Virus record (IMG/VR): IMGVR_UViG_3300007764_000004
Location: 1-35,934 of that record
Source of the DNA: a virus
Lineage: Duplodnaviria; Caudoviricetes
Direction: 5' to 3' (one strand)
DNA: 35,934 bases
Shown: in pieces, positions 16,354 to 25,670 of the stretch
Numbering within the stretch: the stretch's first letter is position 1
Layout: each line of letters begins with the position of its first letter
The notes under the pieces: model-generated
The model's input: only the letters and a program-made list of their open reading frames with translations
The model's database searches: none
Told to the model about the DNA's origin: nothing
Position numbers and translations under genes: made by a program

Positions 16354-17688
16354 TTACGATCCCGAACCCTGGGCGTTCGCCAGCGCTCCGGTTACGAACG
16401 ACGTCGGGCGATAGACTGTAAGGGCCAGTCTTTCTTCGGCGCGAATCGTAACCAGATTCTTCCGGAAGTTATCGGAATCTTCGGTCGAAAACTGGACGGC
16501 TGCGTCCATTCGGTCCCAGACCTGGGCCCCGAGTGAAAAAGCCCCGACCAGGAATTCCCCATCTGGGGCCGACTGCGAAGGAACGACGGGAAGACCCCAG
16601 ATTCGGGGGGCCGTCGTATTCTGCGGATTCGTGAAGATATACCGATTCTGGGAATCCTTCGTTAGTTCGATGGAAGCCCAGTTAAACGGGGGAAGGACGA
16701 TTCCCGTCGCGGGGAAATTCGCTAACGTAACCTGCAGGATCGCAGCCCGAAGCGTATCCAGATCCGTCGCGGACGCTACCCCGAGATTCGTAAGAAGGCC
16801 GGCATTAAAGGCCGTCGCCTGGGTAATCAATCCGTTCAGATTGTTTGTCGTCCCGTCCCCGTTCAGAAGTTGATTATCTTCGACCAGAAGGACCAGGAAG
16901 CGGACGCGACTGTCCAGGTAACTTTGCAGACCGACTGCGTCCTGTAAAATCTGGGTCGACGCGATTACATAAGTCGCGATCGTCTCGACTTCTTCGGACG
17001 CTGCAGCGAAATCGAAATCGGATTCGCCTTTATCGGCCCCCTGGCCGGCCTGTATGCCGGCTGCATCCGTTACCGCAGATTCACGAACGAAGCGGACCAG
17101 ATCCGAAGACGTTCGACCGATCGGCAGAAGGTCCCGGATTAAAAGGGGTTGTTCCCCTGGCCGAACGATCCCTGGAACGCGCATATAATCGACTGCGTCC
17201 CCTGCGGACGCGTCCGCGTTCGTTATCGCTTTCATATCCCCAGGGACGTCCCCTGTCAAAAGCGGATAAGAACGACGATCGTCGGCAGACAGTCGCCAGG
17301 ACTTAAGGGCGATTTTACGCGATCCCCTGGACTTCGTAATTTCGGTTAAGTCGATCGGGTTTTCCTTCCTGGTCGCTGCATTGAAACAGACGATCCCTGG
17401 GGTTTCGGGGCGACCTTTGAACGCTGCAGACTTACGCAGTTTTTCGGCCATTTCGGTTTCGAACTTATCCTGGCGTTCTTCGATTTCTTTCTGTTTCAGG
17501 ACCAGAAGTTCGTCGACTTTCTTTTCGACGTCTTTCGAAATCGTCTGGACCTGTTCCTTAAGGTCTGCGACCCCCTTCTGGGCTTCTTCGCCCTGTTTGA
17601 TCTTCGGTTCCAGATCGGCCATAACGTCCGTAAGACCCTTATTTATGCCGGCGACGGATTCCTTAATTTGTTCTTCGATTGAAGGCAT
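16354..17688 (-). CDS. Major capsid protein, HK97 family, with N-terminal delta (scaffold) domain
   Basis: Coiled-coil N-terminus; EDNQLLNGDG, RIWGLPVV, NFRKNLVTIRAEERLALTVYRP; ends QGSGS. Confidence 0.96.
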   Translation of the reverse strand: MPSIEEQIKESVAGINKGLTDVMADLEPKIKQGEEAQKGVADLKEQVQTISKDVEKKVDELLVLKQKEIEERQDKFETEMAEKLRKSAAFKGRPETPGIVCFNAATRKENPIDLTEITKSRGSRKIALKSWRLSADDRRSYPLLTGDVPGDMKAITNADASAGDAVDYMRVPGIVRPGEQPLLIRDLLPIGRTSSDLVRFVRESAVTDAAGIQAGQGADKGESDFDFAAASEEVETIATYVIASTQILQDAVGLQSYLDSRVRFLVLLVEDNQLLNGDGTTNNLNGLITQATAFNAGLLTNLGVASATDLDTLRAAILQVTLANFPATGIVLPPFNWASIELTKDSQNRYIFTNPQNTTAPRIWGLPVVPSQSAPDGEFLVGAFSLGAQVWDRMDAAVQFSTEDSDNFRKNLVTIRAEERLALTVYRPTSFVTGALANAQGSGS

Positions 17689-17692
17689 AACG

Positions 17693-18433
17693 TTAAAACC
17701 TGTTTTTAATGCTGAATAATTCGAGTGAAGCGGACATTAAGTCCAGGTCCCGAAGGACCCCTTTAAGGACGTCGTTTTCCGGTCCTTCCTGGGGTGGACT
17801 GGCCGGCCCCTTTTCGGATGGATCTTCGACTAATTTAAGCCAGGATTCGATCTCCCGACCCAGGCGATCGGATATCCCGTGTTCCAAAGAACGGCGAGCG
17901 ATCTGGATCTGTTTTTCCAGGGGGGTTTCGATCGTCCCCTGGACGACCCCGTCTTTCGTTTTCATATCGACGACAGGGGTTTTCGGATTCGCCCCCCAGG
18001 TTACGACAGATCCTTCCCATAACCGGGCGACTTTTATAATTCTTCGGTCTTCGTCGGAACGCTCGACGACGTCGATCCCGACCGAATGTTCGTTTAATGC
18101 CCCTTCGTTATAAAGGGTAAGGACGTCGCGTCCCAGACCCCCGTAAACGTCGGGGAATATCTTCGTTACGACCAGAAGCCCGAAATCGTCTTCTTCCATA
18201 AGGATCGGCATTCCGATAACCTTTTCGGTCCAGTGCATCCAAAGGAATTTAATCTGGTTCGTCCCCTGGGGTCCGCGTTCCCGAATGGTCTTCGCATATG
18301 CCCCTTTTTCTATTATGTCCCAGTGAAGGTCCATATTATCGAAGGCCGACCAGTAATGGGTAACGATCCCTTTCGATACGGAAACGTCGTCGACGAATGC
18401 GTCCTTAAAAAGTAATGAAGACGGAATGGGCAT
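17693..18433 (-). CDS. HK97-family prohead protease
   Basis: DIIEKGAYAKTI, FLWMH (His), EHSVG (Ser), LWEGSVVTWGANP. Confidence 0.92.
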   Translation of the reverse strand: MPIPSSLLFKDAFVDDVSVSKGIVTHYWSAFDNMDLHWDIIEKGAYAKTIRERGPQGTNQIKFLWMHWTEKVIGMPILMEEDDFGLLVVTKIFPDVYGGLGRDVLTLYNEGALNEHSVGIDVVERSDEDRRIIKVARLWEGSVVTWGANPKTPVVDMKTKDGVVQGTIETPLEKQIQIARRSLEHGISDRLGREIESWLKLVEDPSEKGPASPPQEGPENDVLKGVLRDLDLMSASLELFSIKNRF

Positions 18434-18434
18434 T

Positions 18435-18752
18435 TTAATTTAACGGGCTATAGGCCAGGACTTCGTCGATCGTCTTCTGGCTAGAAAAACGAACGGTCCC
18501 GACTTTCTGGTTAAAATCAACGCATACAGGAAAACCGAAACAGGTCGTCCCGGCTGCATAAGACCAGGCGATCGGCTTCTTCCCTGTCGGCCAGTAAACC
18601 CCGAAGGCGATCGATTCCCGCGTTAATTCCTGCAGGGTAAGGGGGTTTACATAAAGAACGGGGTCCCCCCATTCGGATTCGAACAACCCATTAAGGGCGT
18701 GTTTTATTTCGTCCAGTAACGGGGTAAAAGGGGGATATAATGTCGCGTTCAT
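18435..18752 (-). CDS. Hypothetical protein
   Basis: 105 aa, tightly packed in the operon. Confidence 0.6.
   Translation of the reverse strand: MNATLYPPFTPLLDEIKHALNGLFESEWGDPVLYVNPLTLQELTRESIAFGVYWPTGKKPIAWSYAAGTTCFGFPVCVDFNQKVGTVRFSSQKTIDEVLAYSPLN
18690..18704 (-). repeat. Dispersed 15-bp motif AAACACGCCCTTAAT, copy 2
   Basis: + strand reads ATTAAGGGCGTGTTT. Confidence 0.85.
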
Positions 18753-18958
18753 ATTCTCAATTTAACGACTAGGTCGACGAATAGATTATCGGAATCGCGA
18801 TCGACTTTTTCGATCCGGACGATCCTGGATCCTGTAAATATTTCGATCGCGTCCTGTTCCCCTAATATAGCCCCCAGGCGATCGACGACGCAAATAACGC
18901 GATCTTTCTGGATCCCGTCGATTTCCTTTTTAAATGCCGGCTTCGTTTCCTGGTTCAT
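18749..18958 (-). CDS. Hypothetical protein
   Basis: 69 aa, ATGA overlaps on both sides. Confidence 0.6.
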   Translation of the reverse strand: MNQETKPAFKKEIDGIQKDRVICVVDRLGAILGEQDAIEIFTGSRIVRIEKVDRDSDNLFVDLVVKLRI

Positions 18959-19866
18959 TCGTCGATTAATTTTTCGAAGGGTTCGGTCGTACAGCGACAG
19001 TTTATTACGTTCCCGGCAGACCCGACCGGATCCCCTGGAAACATAAGGGATTCCCCCGAAACCGTAAAGGGTTCCGATATCTTAACCCTTTGTCCAGATT
19101 CGTCCGGTTCCAAATGGTCGAACTTCCCTGTTCGGACCAGACCGTCGCGTCGACTTATCCAGCCCTTAAAAGGGAACCCCGCGTCTTCGAATGCCTGGAT
19201 CTGGCCGACTTCGAAACCTGGGGTCGCTGCAGTCTGGCCGATCGTCTGGGCCCTGGACCGTGAAACGTTGAAGGCCCTTTGAACATATGGGACGAAATCT
19301 TCGGCCCCTTCGTCTAGTCCCCTTTGAATATTCTTAACGAGATCGTCCAGGACGGAATCGTTAATCCCCTTTGTCTTCGAAAGGACTTCGGTAAGGGTCT
19401 GTCGGATCCGATCGGCTTCTGGGTCGAAGTCCAGAACCGCGTCGACCCTGGAAAGTCCGACCTTAAAACCCTGCAGGGCCGTCGCTGCAATCGAAGGGCC
19501 GAACCGTTTAACGGTTTCTTTATACCAGAATTCTATATCGAATATCTGGAAGACCATATCCAGGGCGTCTTTCTGGATATACTTTTTCGACTGGATCCGT
19601 TTAAGATTTTTTAACGCTTCCTTTTCCTGGTCGGCAAACTGGCGAAGGGCGACGTTTCGGATCGGCTTTTCCCCTTCCCGTTTAAAGGCGTCGACCATAA
19701 ACCATTCCGCAGTCCGGACGGCTTCGGTCTGGTCTTTCTGCAGGGTATAAAGAAGGCCGGAACGACGAAAACGTCCGATCTTAAACAGGACGTCGGAATG
19801 GACCTGGAAGGCCCTGGTCGGGCCGACCCTGGGTCGATACGCTTTTATCTGGCATTTATCACACAT
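18955..19866 (-). CDS. Minor head protein, MuF/SPP1 gp7 family
   Basis: KGWISRRDGLVR...H...LMFPGDP.GSAGNVINCRC; likely start at the ATG at 19866 (TAATG overlap). Confidence 0.9.
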   Translation of the reverse strand: MCDKCQIKAYRPRVGPTRAFQVHSDVLFKIGRFRRSGLLYTLQKDQTEAVRTAEWFMVDAFKREGEKPIRNVALRQFADQEKEALKNLKRIQSKKYIQKDALDMVFQIFDIEFWYKETVKRFGPSIAATALQGFKVGLSRVDAVLDFDPEADRIRQTLTEVLSKTKGINDSVLDDLVKNIQRGLDEGAEDFVPYVQRAFNVSRSRAQTIGQTAATPGFEVGQIQAFEDAGFPFKGWISRRDGLVRTGKFDHLEPDESGQRVKISEPFTVSGESLMFPGDPVGSAGNVINCRCTTEPFEKLIDE

Positions 19867-20723
19867 TAAAAGACCTTCTTCGGGACGGCTTCTTTTCTCC
19901 ATCGTTTCACGCGATGAACGCCCCATATTCTTCGGAATAACTTTTCCCCGTCGACGTCCCGTTTTCGAAGGCGTTGATATTTCGGGGGCCTGTTTTTCAT
20001 ATGGTCGACCAGTAACGACGGAACGAAGGCGACCTGGAAACGGCCAGGGTCGACGACCCTTCCGATCGGACCCTTACGTCCGAAGCCGGCCTTCTGGGAT
20101 TCGTACTGTTTAACGATCGACGGATCCCCGTTCGCCAGCTGAACGCGAAGGAAAAAGTCCGCGTGTTCCCCCCCGATCTTATATCGTTCGTCCCATAAGA
20201 CGTCGTCGAATAGTCGCCTTTTAGCTACCCAGAAATTCGATATAACGTCGACGATCTGGAAGGGCCGGCCCTGGAACTTCCTGGCCGGCCTGGACGGTTT
20301 CGCAGCATACAGGACGCCATTATCGACCCAGACGTCCGCGTAATACTTTGTCCATCCCCTTCGATTCGGTCGGATATGCCGGCATTTTGTCCCGGCCATA
20401 ACCAGGGAATCGTCGGATTCCAAAAGTTCAGCCAGGTATAAAATATCTGTTTCTTCGGTAAATAAATAATCGTCGTCTAATTGAACAACGAAAGGTTCGT
20501 CCGTCGATCGAATGCAATGATTCCGGCCGGCGCAGACCCCGACGTCGTAATCCAGTTTCCAGACCTTCGTCGCCCCTGGGTATTCGTGCGATCTGGCCGA
20601 CTGGTCCGCGACGTATATCTTCGCCCCTGGATACTGGGCCAGGATCGAATTAATCATCCTACGAACTAGGCCAGGACGTTCGAAGGCATTAACGCAGAAG
20701 GCGACGTCGTCGATCGTTCCCAT
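19866..20723 (-). CDS. GT-A glycosyltransferase (GT2-like, resembling the B4GALNT/GT12 catalytic domain)
   Basis: AFERP, YVADQS, GVCAGRN, QLDDDY (DXD), WDERYKIGGEHADFF. Confidence 0.88.
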   Translation of the reverse strand: MGTIDDVAFCVNAFERPGLVRRMINSILAQYPGAKIYVADQSARSHEYPGATKVWKLDYDVGVCAGRNHCIRSTDEPFVVQLDDDYLFTEETDILYLAELLESDDSLVMAGTKCRHIRPNRRGWTKYYADVWVDNGVLYAAKPSRPARKFQGRPFQIVDVISNFWVAKRRLFDDVLWDERYKIGGEHADFFLRVQLANGDPSIVKQYESQKAGFGRKGPIGRVVDPGRFQVAFVPSLLVDHMKNRPPKYQRLRKRDVDGEKLFRRIWGVHRVKRWRKEAVPKKVF

Positions 20724-21349
20724 TACTTTTTCCGTGTTTTATTGCGATGGATTCCGGCCTTAATAGCCTGGTCGACTGGGTCGATCCCGATCCAGTCCAG
20801 GATCCTTTTAAGTCCGCGTTCTGAATTAAGGGCGTCGACGTATACGACCAGGACGTTATCGGGTCCGCATTCCTCGAGCGACGACGGGACCAGTTCGTTA
20901 TATACATGGTCCCAGTACTGGCCCAGGGCCTTCGCTTTTGACGGGCCAGGGAATTTCGGGAAACAGTTAAACCAGGGCGAACGGGGCGTCCCCCCGTTTT
21001 TCTTGTGTTGCCAGTTATTCCGATTCCTGGATTTACGAAGGAAAGACCCGATAAATTCTTCCCGTCCCCGTTTCAGGACGACGACCTTCGCCCCCCTGTC
21101 GACCAGAAGGGGAATATTATTCGTCCATTGAAGGGCGACGTCCCCGTAATATCTGGCCCCCGAATTCTGTCCCCTTCGGATAAGTTTATCGACGAAGACC
21201 TTCTGGCCGACCCGATCCCAGGGAAGGGTTTTCGAAAACGTTTCATGGGATACGATCGCCCCCTGTTGGGCGTTCAGGAAATGGGCGAAAGACGTCGTTC
21301 CACAACGACCAGAACCGGCCCCGATAACCAGTTTAAATTCCGTAATCAT
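20723..21349 (-). CDS. PAPS-dependent sulfotransferase
   Basis: N-terminal 5'-PSB loop VIGAGSGRCGTTSFAHFLN; 3'-PB-like KVVVLKR....FIGS; C-terminal LVVY....G...ILDWIG. Confidence 0.82.
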   Translation of the reverse strand: MITEFKLVIGAGSGRCGTTSFAHFLNAQQGAIVSHETFSKTLPWDRVGQKVFVDKLIRRGQNSGARYYGDVALQWTNNIPLLVDRGAKVVVLKRGREEFIGSFLRKSRNRNNWQHKKNGGTPRSPWFNCFPKFPGPSKAKALGQYWDHVYNELVPSSLEECGPDNVLVVYVDALNSERGLKRILDWIGIDPVDQAIKAGIHRNKTRKK

Positions 21350-22304
21350 ATTTATATGTTATCGCTGTATTCCAGGTATGCACGCCAGAAAAACCCCATC
21401 TGTTTTTCATATGCCGGCGAAACGACGACCCCCGTCGTCTTAATGCTTTATATTCTTCGTTCCTTTCTGCAGTATCGACAAAATGGGACCCAGGAAGGAA
21501 GGCGACCAGAAGACGACCTTCGTTTATCATTTCCGGAAACTTCGGCGCCCGATCTGGATCTGTTTCGGCCCTTATCCTTCCTTCCAGATAATCGATAATC
21601 TTCTTCTTCCCATTCGCTGCAGCCAGTCGAAGAAAAAAGTCGATATGTTCCCCGCAGGTCTTATACCTTTCGTCCCAGTCGACGATTTCCAGAACGTCCC
21701 GTCGAACCATACAACAAAGGGGAACGAAGTCGACATAAAAGAAGGGGATCGGGGTATTATCAGAATGTCCCCAGTCGCGACGGTATATCGTCGGACGTTC
21801 TGGGGGCCGGATCGTTTTAAGGGCCATTCCTTCCCTGGACGTCGCAAGTCGGAACCGCGATTCCGAATTCGACCAACGATTTCGGCCAGGGTCGTTTTTC
21901 CTTTGTCCGACGACGGCCAGTCGCGGGAAAAACTCGAGTAAAGCAAACATGTGATCGAAACGGGTTTCGGGGCCGACCAGATTATCGTCGTCCATAAAAA
22001 CGATATAAGGGGCGTCGGTATGTTTTAACGCCCTGTTTCGCTTCTTCGATACCCCCGCGTCGAAGTCGAAATAAACCCCGTCGACGTTATCTGGGAAGGC
22101 GTCGACGATTCCCCGAAGGACGTCTGGATCTGGGGAATCGTCCGCGACGGTAATTCGGGCCCCGACGTGAAGGTCCAGTAAATGCCGGATCGTCTTCTTA
22201 CAGGTCTTCGGACGATTTAAAGAAGTTATCCAGAAATGAACCAGGGATCGAAAAGGTCGATCGGGGGGATTTCGTCTGTCCATTTTGTCCAGGTAAGTTT
22301 CCAT
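21333..22304 (-). CDS. GT-A glycosyltransferase, paralog of 19866..20723
   Basis: TSLNRP, TVADDS, GVSKKRN, FMDDDN (DXD), WDERYKTCGEHIDFFLR. Confidence 0.88.
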   Translation of the reverse strand: METYLDKMDRRNPPDRPFRSLVHFWITSLNRPKTCKKTIRHLLDLHVGARITVADDSPDPDVLRGIVDAFPDNVDGVYFDFDAGVSKKRNRALKHTDAPYIVFMDDDNLVGPETRFDHMFALLEFFPRLAVVGQRKNDPGRNRWSNSESRFRLATSREGMALKTIRPPERPTIYRRDWGHSDNTPIPFFYVDFVPLCCMVRRDVLEIVDWDERYKTCGEHIDFFLRLAAANGKKKIIDYLEGRIRAETDPDRAPKFPEMINEGRLLVAFLPGSHFVDTAERNEEYKALRRRGSSFRRHMKNRWGFSGVHTWNTAITYKYDYGI

Positions 22305-22305
22305 T

Positions 22306-23220
22306 TTAATTCCTCCGTTCCGACGTGTCGTTCTGAGTTTCGACCCATCTGGTTAAGTATTTTTGGAACTCAACCGGCCAGGACAGGTCGGGAAACATAC
22401 GGACCCCCAGGCCCTTCGGACTGTCTGTCCATTCTTTATTCCGAATTCGACGTTTCCTGGCTGCGTCGAAATCATTCATCGAAACCCCCGTCTTAAGGTC
22501 GACGACGATCTGGTTAACTTCGTCTGCCCCTGGCCCGAATACCATATCGAACAAATGGGCCCGTTCCAGTCCGATCGACTTTAAGTTCTGGCCGATATGC
22601 GCTTCCATTCGTCGACGTGCGTTCGATGGATATGGGGTCCAGCCCAGGCGATCCAGGACGTCCGAAGAATAGAACCGTCCAGGACCATATCCGAAGGGGT
22701 TTCTTTTGGGATATACGATCCCGGTCGCAGACGTCGACCAGTTAAAAAAGACACATTGTTTAATCCCGACTATGGGTCGGCCGGCGATTACATTCGAAAC
22801 GGCCCGTTCGACATACGGCCAGGATATAAGGTTATCCGATCCCATTTGTAAGACGACGTCGGCCCCCCATTGAAGGGCCATTAAAAACCCTTCGTTCCAT
22901 TTCGGACCCATTACTTCGTTTGAATAGACGACTTCCAGGACGCCCCCTGTTTCGACTTCCTTCCAGAACCAGTCCAGGCCGTCCCAGGGGGTTTCGTCTT
23001 CTGGGCTACGAATGCAGATCGCGACCATTTCGAACAGGTCTTTTAATTTATGCCGGACCTGGACAAAGTTTTCCAGGACCAGTCGAAAGACTTCTGGCCG
23101 GCCCCATAAGGGGAAGATCCATCCGACTTTCGTCTTCTTCGCGGGGGCTTCGGTTTCTGCATACCCAGGGCCGGCATATAACCGACGCGAAAGGTCGCCT
23201 TTTTCATGTGTCGCGTTCAT
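22306..23220 (-). CDS. Divergent GT-A glycosyltransferase
   Basis: IFPLWGRPEV N-terminal strand-helix, MGPKWNEG, VLQMGSDNL (variant of DXD), GPGRFYS. Confidence 0.65.
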   Translation of the reverse strand: MNATHEKGDLSRRLYAGPGYAETEAPAKKTKVGWIFPLWGRPEVFRLVLENFVQVRHKLKDLFEMVAICIRSPEDETPWDGLDWFWKEVETGGVLEVVYSNEVMGPKWNEGFLMALQWGADVVLQMGSDNLISWPYVERAVSNVIAGRPIVGIKQCVFFNWSTSATGIVYPKRNPFGYGPGRFYSSDVLDRLGWTPYPSNARRRMEAHIGQNLKSIGLERAHLFDMVFGPGADEVNQIVVDLKTGVSMNDFDAARKRRIRNKEWTDSPKGLGVRMFPDLSWPVEFQKYLTRWVETQNDTSERRN

Positions 23221-23229
23221 TTCGATTTC

Positions 23230-24636
23230 TCAGTTTATCCCATTAAGGGCGTGTTTAATTAATCCGTCCAGACCCCGACTTAACTGGGCCAGGGAATCCC
23301 CGTCGTCCGGTTCGTCTTCTGGGTCGACTTCGTCGTCGTCGTCGGCTGCGGGTTCAGGGACGGGAACGGTAAAGGCCGTATCTTCCAGGGCGACGACGCC
23401 AGTTCGGGCCAGTAATTCGTCGGCCTGTCCCCCCCTGGGGTCTTCCCCTAGTTTCTGTCGGGCTTCGTCTGGGGAAAGAATGGTCCCCGCGACCAGGGCG
23501 ACCAGTCGGGTCGCCTTCGCGTTTAAGTCTTCCTGGATCGCGGAAATCGCCTGTTCGTCGTATGTTACGAAATGGTCGGGGGTCCCATATGCCGGCATTA
23601 ACTGGCAGTTCATCTGCGAAAGGATCCAGTCGACCAGGGGAAGGACGGTTAACTGGAACAGGGCCCGATATGCTTCGACGTAATTCGAATAAGTCTTATT
23701 CGCGTTATCCCCCAGAAGGGCCGGATCGATCCCGATCCCTGCAGCGATCATTCGCATATAATTAATCAATCCCTGGGCCCAGTTCGCTTCGTTGGGATCG
23801 ATCGCGTTCTTTTCGAACTTCATTCCCCCTTCCAGGAGTCCAGGAAGGGCCGTCCCAGAATCGCGGACGTATGCTTCCTGCATTTCCCTTTTTAACCTGT
23901 CGGCCTGGGAATCCCCCAGTTTACCTTCGGCCATAAAGAACCCAGGGATTCTTCCCTTATGTTCGGAAATGGATTTCCCCCATTCCATAGCTTCGTCGAA
24001 CAGGTCCAGGGCTTGTAAGATAGAAAGGATAAGGGGCCGGCCCCGTCCCCAGATATCCAGGGGATCGTAATTCGCGACGAAGATAATTTCCTTTCTGTCG
24101 TATTCCCTGGAAACCCCCGTTAAATTCCGGATCCAGAACCGGACGATTTCCCCTGTATCTTCGTCGACGTCCATCTGGATAAGTCTATTCGGGGCGACCC
24201 TTAAAAACCTGTCGGGCTTAAATCTGGTCGTCGGACCGACCATTCGGATAATTATTTCGCCCCCCAGAAAAAGATCGTAAATCAATTTCTTAAAGAAGTC
24301 GGACGTCGATTCCTGGGAATTCGGCTTCCTTAGAAGTTGGGCGATCGGATGATTTTCGACGGTTTCTTCGCCCCCCTTTCCATCTGGCCGGCGAACGACC
24401 AGGGTATCGGCTATCGACGAAACCGCGTCCGCGATTAACTGCATACCCCGCGACGAATAGGGATTCCGAAGGGCCTTCCTTGCTAGAACTTCGTAACTGG
24501 GTTTCGTCCAGGACGCGGAAATGTTCATCCAATAAACCCCGATCGCGTTCCCCGCAGTTCGGACCAGTCCCTTAAAACTCCCGAAGAAATTGTTAACCTT
24601 CGAAAAGATTCGGGCTGGATAACTTGTCTTTTTCAT
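23230..24636 (-). CDS. Portal protein, HK97 family
   Basis: HPIAQLLRKPN, LEGGMKFE, IAAGIGIDPALLG, TYSNYVEA, GTILSPDEARQKLG; start taken at ATG 24636 (ORF is open to 24672). Confidence 0.95.
   Translation of the reverse strand: MKKTSYPARIFSKVNNFFGSFKGLVRTAGNAIGVYWMNISASWTKPSYEVLARKALRNPYSSRGMQLIADAVSSIADTLVVRRPDGKGGEETVENHPIAQLLRKPNSQESTSDFFKKLIYDLFLGGEIIIRMVGPTTRFKPDRFLRVAPNRLIQMDVDEDTGEIVRFWIRNLTGVSREYDRKEIIFVANYDPLDIWGRGRPLILSILQALDLFDEAMEWGKSISEHKGRIPGFFMAEGKLGDSQADRLKREMQEAYVRDSGTALPGLLEGGMKFEKNAIDPNEANWAQGLINYMRMIAAGIGIDPALLGDNANKTYSNYVEAYRALFQLTVLPLVDWILSQMNCQLMPAYGTPDHFVTYDEQAISAIQEDLNAKATRLVALVAGTILSPDEARQKLGEDPRGGQADELLARTGVVALEDTAFTVPVPEPAADDDDEVDPEDEPDDGDSLAQLSRGLDGLIKHALNGIN
23242..23256 (-). 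repeat. Dispersed 15-bp motif AAACACGCCCTTAAT, copy 3
   Basis: 21-bp identity with 831-851; at the portal 3' end, 22 nt before the first GT start. Confidence 0.85.
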
Positions 24637-25276
24637 GGTCGACCTTTGTCTTTTTAATTCCCTGGACGACATACCATTTCCAGGGGGTTCGAATCTGTTT
24701 AATTTGAATATAAGGACTGTATCGAAAGACGACAGATTCCTTCGAAGTAAAATGTCGACAGTGCGCTTCGTCGTCGAACGAAGGGACCGATATAACGACG
24801 GGACTTCCTTCTGGAACCAGGGACAGGATTTCCAGATCCTTTTCGACGTGTTCCAGGACTTCCAGGATCGTAAACGTCCAGACGTCCGCGTCCCCGAACC
24901 GGAAGAACGCCTGGGAATGGAAGCCGGCCAGGGCGTTTAAATCGACGACATTAAATTCCCATCTTTTATCGTCGCCCGATCCCAGATATTCGTCGATCCG
25001 TTTGTCGACCAGGCGTTCCCTGGACATACGGACGGCCTTTTCTGAAAAGTCCAGGCCCTTATAATACTGGATCCCCGTCGTTTCGAAAAGGCATTCGGCA
25101 AACTGTCCGGCGCCCGAACCCAGGTCGACGACCCCTGGCGTATTAACGAAAGACGCTGCAGCCGACCAGAGTTTCTTCCTGGGGGATATCTGGTTCCAGG
25201 ACTTCCGGTATTTCGACGAATTCGCATACAGCGAATTATAATAGTTTGAATCCTGTTCTTTTCCCATCTTATTCAC
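24593..25276 (-). CDS. Class I SAM-dependent methyltransferase (small-molecule/glycan type)
   Basis: VVDLGSGAG, YKGLDFS, LEVLEHV, VISVPS; lacks DNA-MTase catalytic motifs. Confidence 0.85.
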   Translation of the reverse strand: MNKMGKEQDSNYYNSLYANSSKYRKSWNQISPRKKLWSAAASFVNTPGVVDLGSGAGQFAECLFETTGIQYYKGLDFSEKAVRMSRERLVDKRIDEYLGSGDDKRWEFNVVDLNALAGFHSQAFFRFGDADVWTFTILEVLEHVEKDLEILSLVPEGSPVVISVPSFDDEAHCRHFTSKESVVFRYSPYIQIKQIRTPWKWYVVQGIKKTKVDHEKDKLSSPNLFEG

Positions 25277-25460
25277 CCCCCGAAAACAAGTCGTTCTGTT
25301 CGACCCATACAGTCGAAACGGTTTCTTCGTCGACGATCTTCCAGCCCTTCTTTTTCAGTTTCGTAAAAAAGCCCAGGAAGGGTTTATGGCTGGAAAAGTT
25401 CTGTTCGTCCAGGGTCCGACCGTCTGTCGTATCGCGTACGATAACTTTAAGTTTTTTCAT
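25269..25460 (-). CDS. Hypothetical protein
   Basis: 63 aa, in-operon spacing. Confidence 0.55.
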   Translation of the reverse strand: MKKLKVIVRDTTDGRTLDEQNFSSHKPFLGFFTKLKKKGWKIVDEETVSTVWVEQNDLFSGGE

Positions 25461-25469
25461 GGTTTGCGT

Positions 25470-25670
25470 TCATTTTAAGACCGAAGGACCGACGCCCCCG
25501 GGCGTCCGCATAGACCTAAGCCGGCGCATTAAACGGGATACGACCTTCCTGCAGCGATCCGAACAGGTCCGACGTTTTCGGCCCCGTCCGTTTTTAATTT
25601 CGATCATTACATTACAGGACGGGTTCGCGCACTCGACCAGGGTCGTCGATTCTTCGGTCTGGGTTTTCAT
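25470..25670 (-). CDS. Small Cys4 zinc-finger protein
   Basis: ATG at 25670 (TAATG overlap); CANPSC...GRGRKRRTCSDRCRK. Confidence 0.7.
   Translation of the reverse strand: MKTQTEESTTLVECANPSCNVMIEIKNGRGRKRRTCSDRCRKVVSRLMRRLRSMRTPGGVGPSVLK

Noticed and set aside
19866-25276. GT cluster as DNA hypermodification or serotype-conversion module
   Set aside because: No hydroxymethylase, nucleotide kinase or phage polymerase; no membrane GtrA/B-type components; the enzymes are soluble and in the late head operon. Disfavoured, not excluded.
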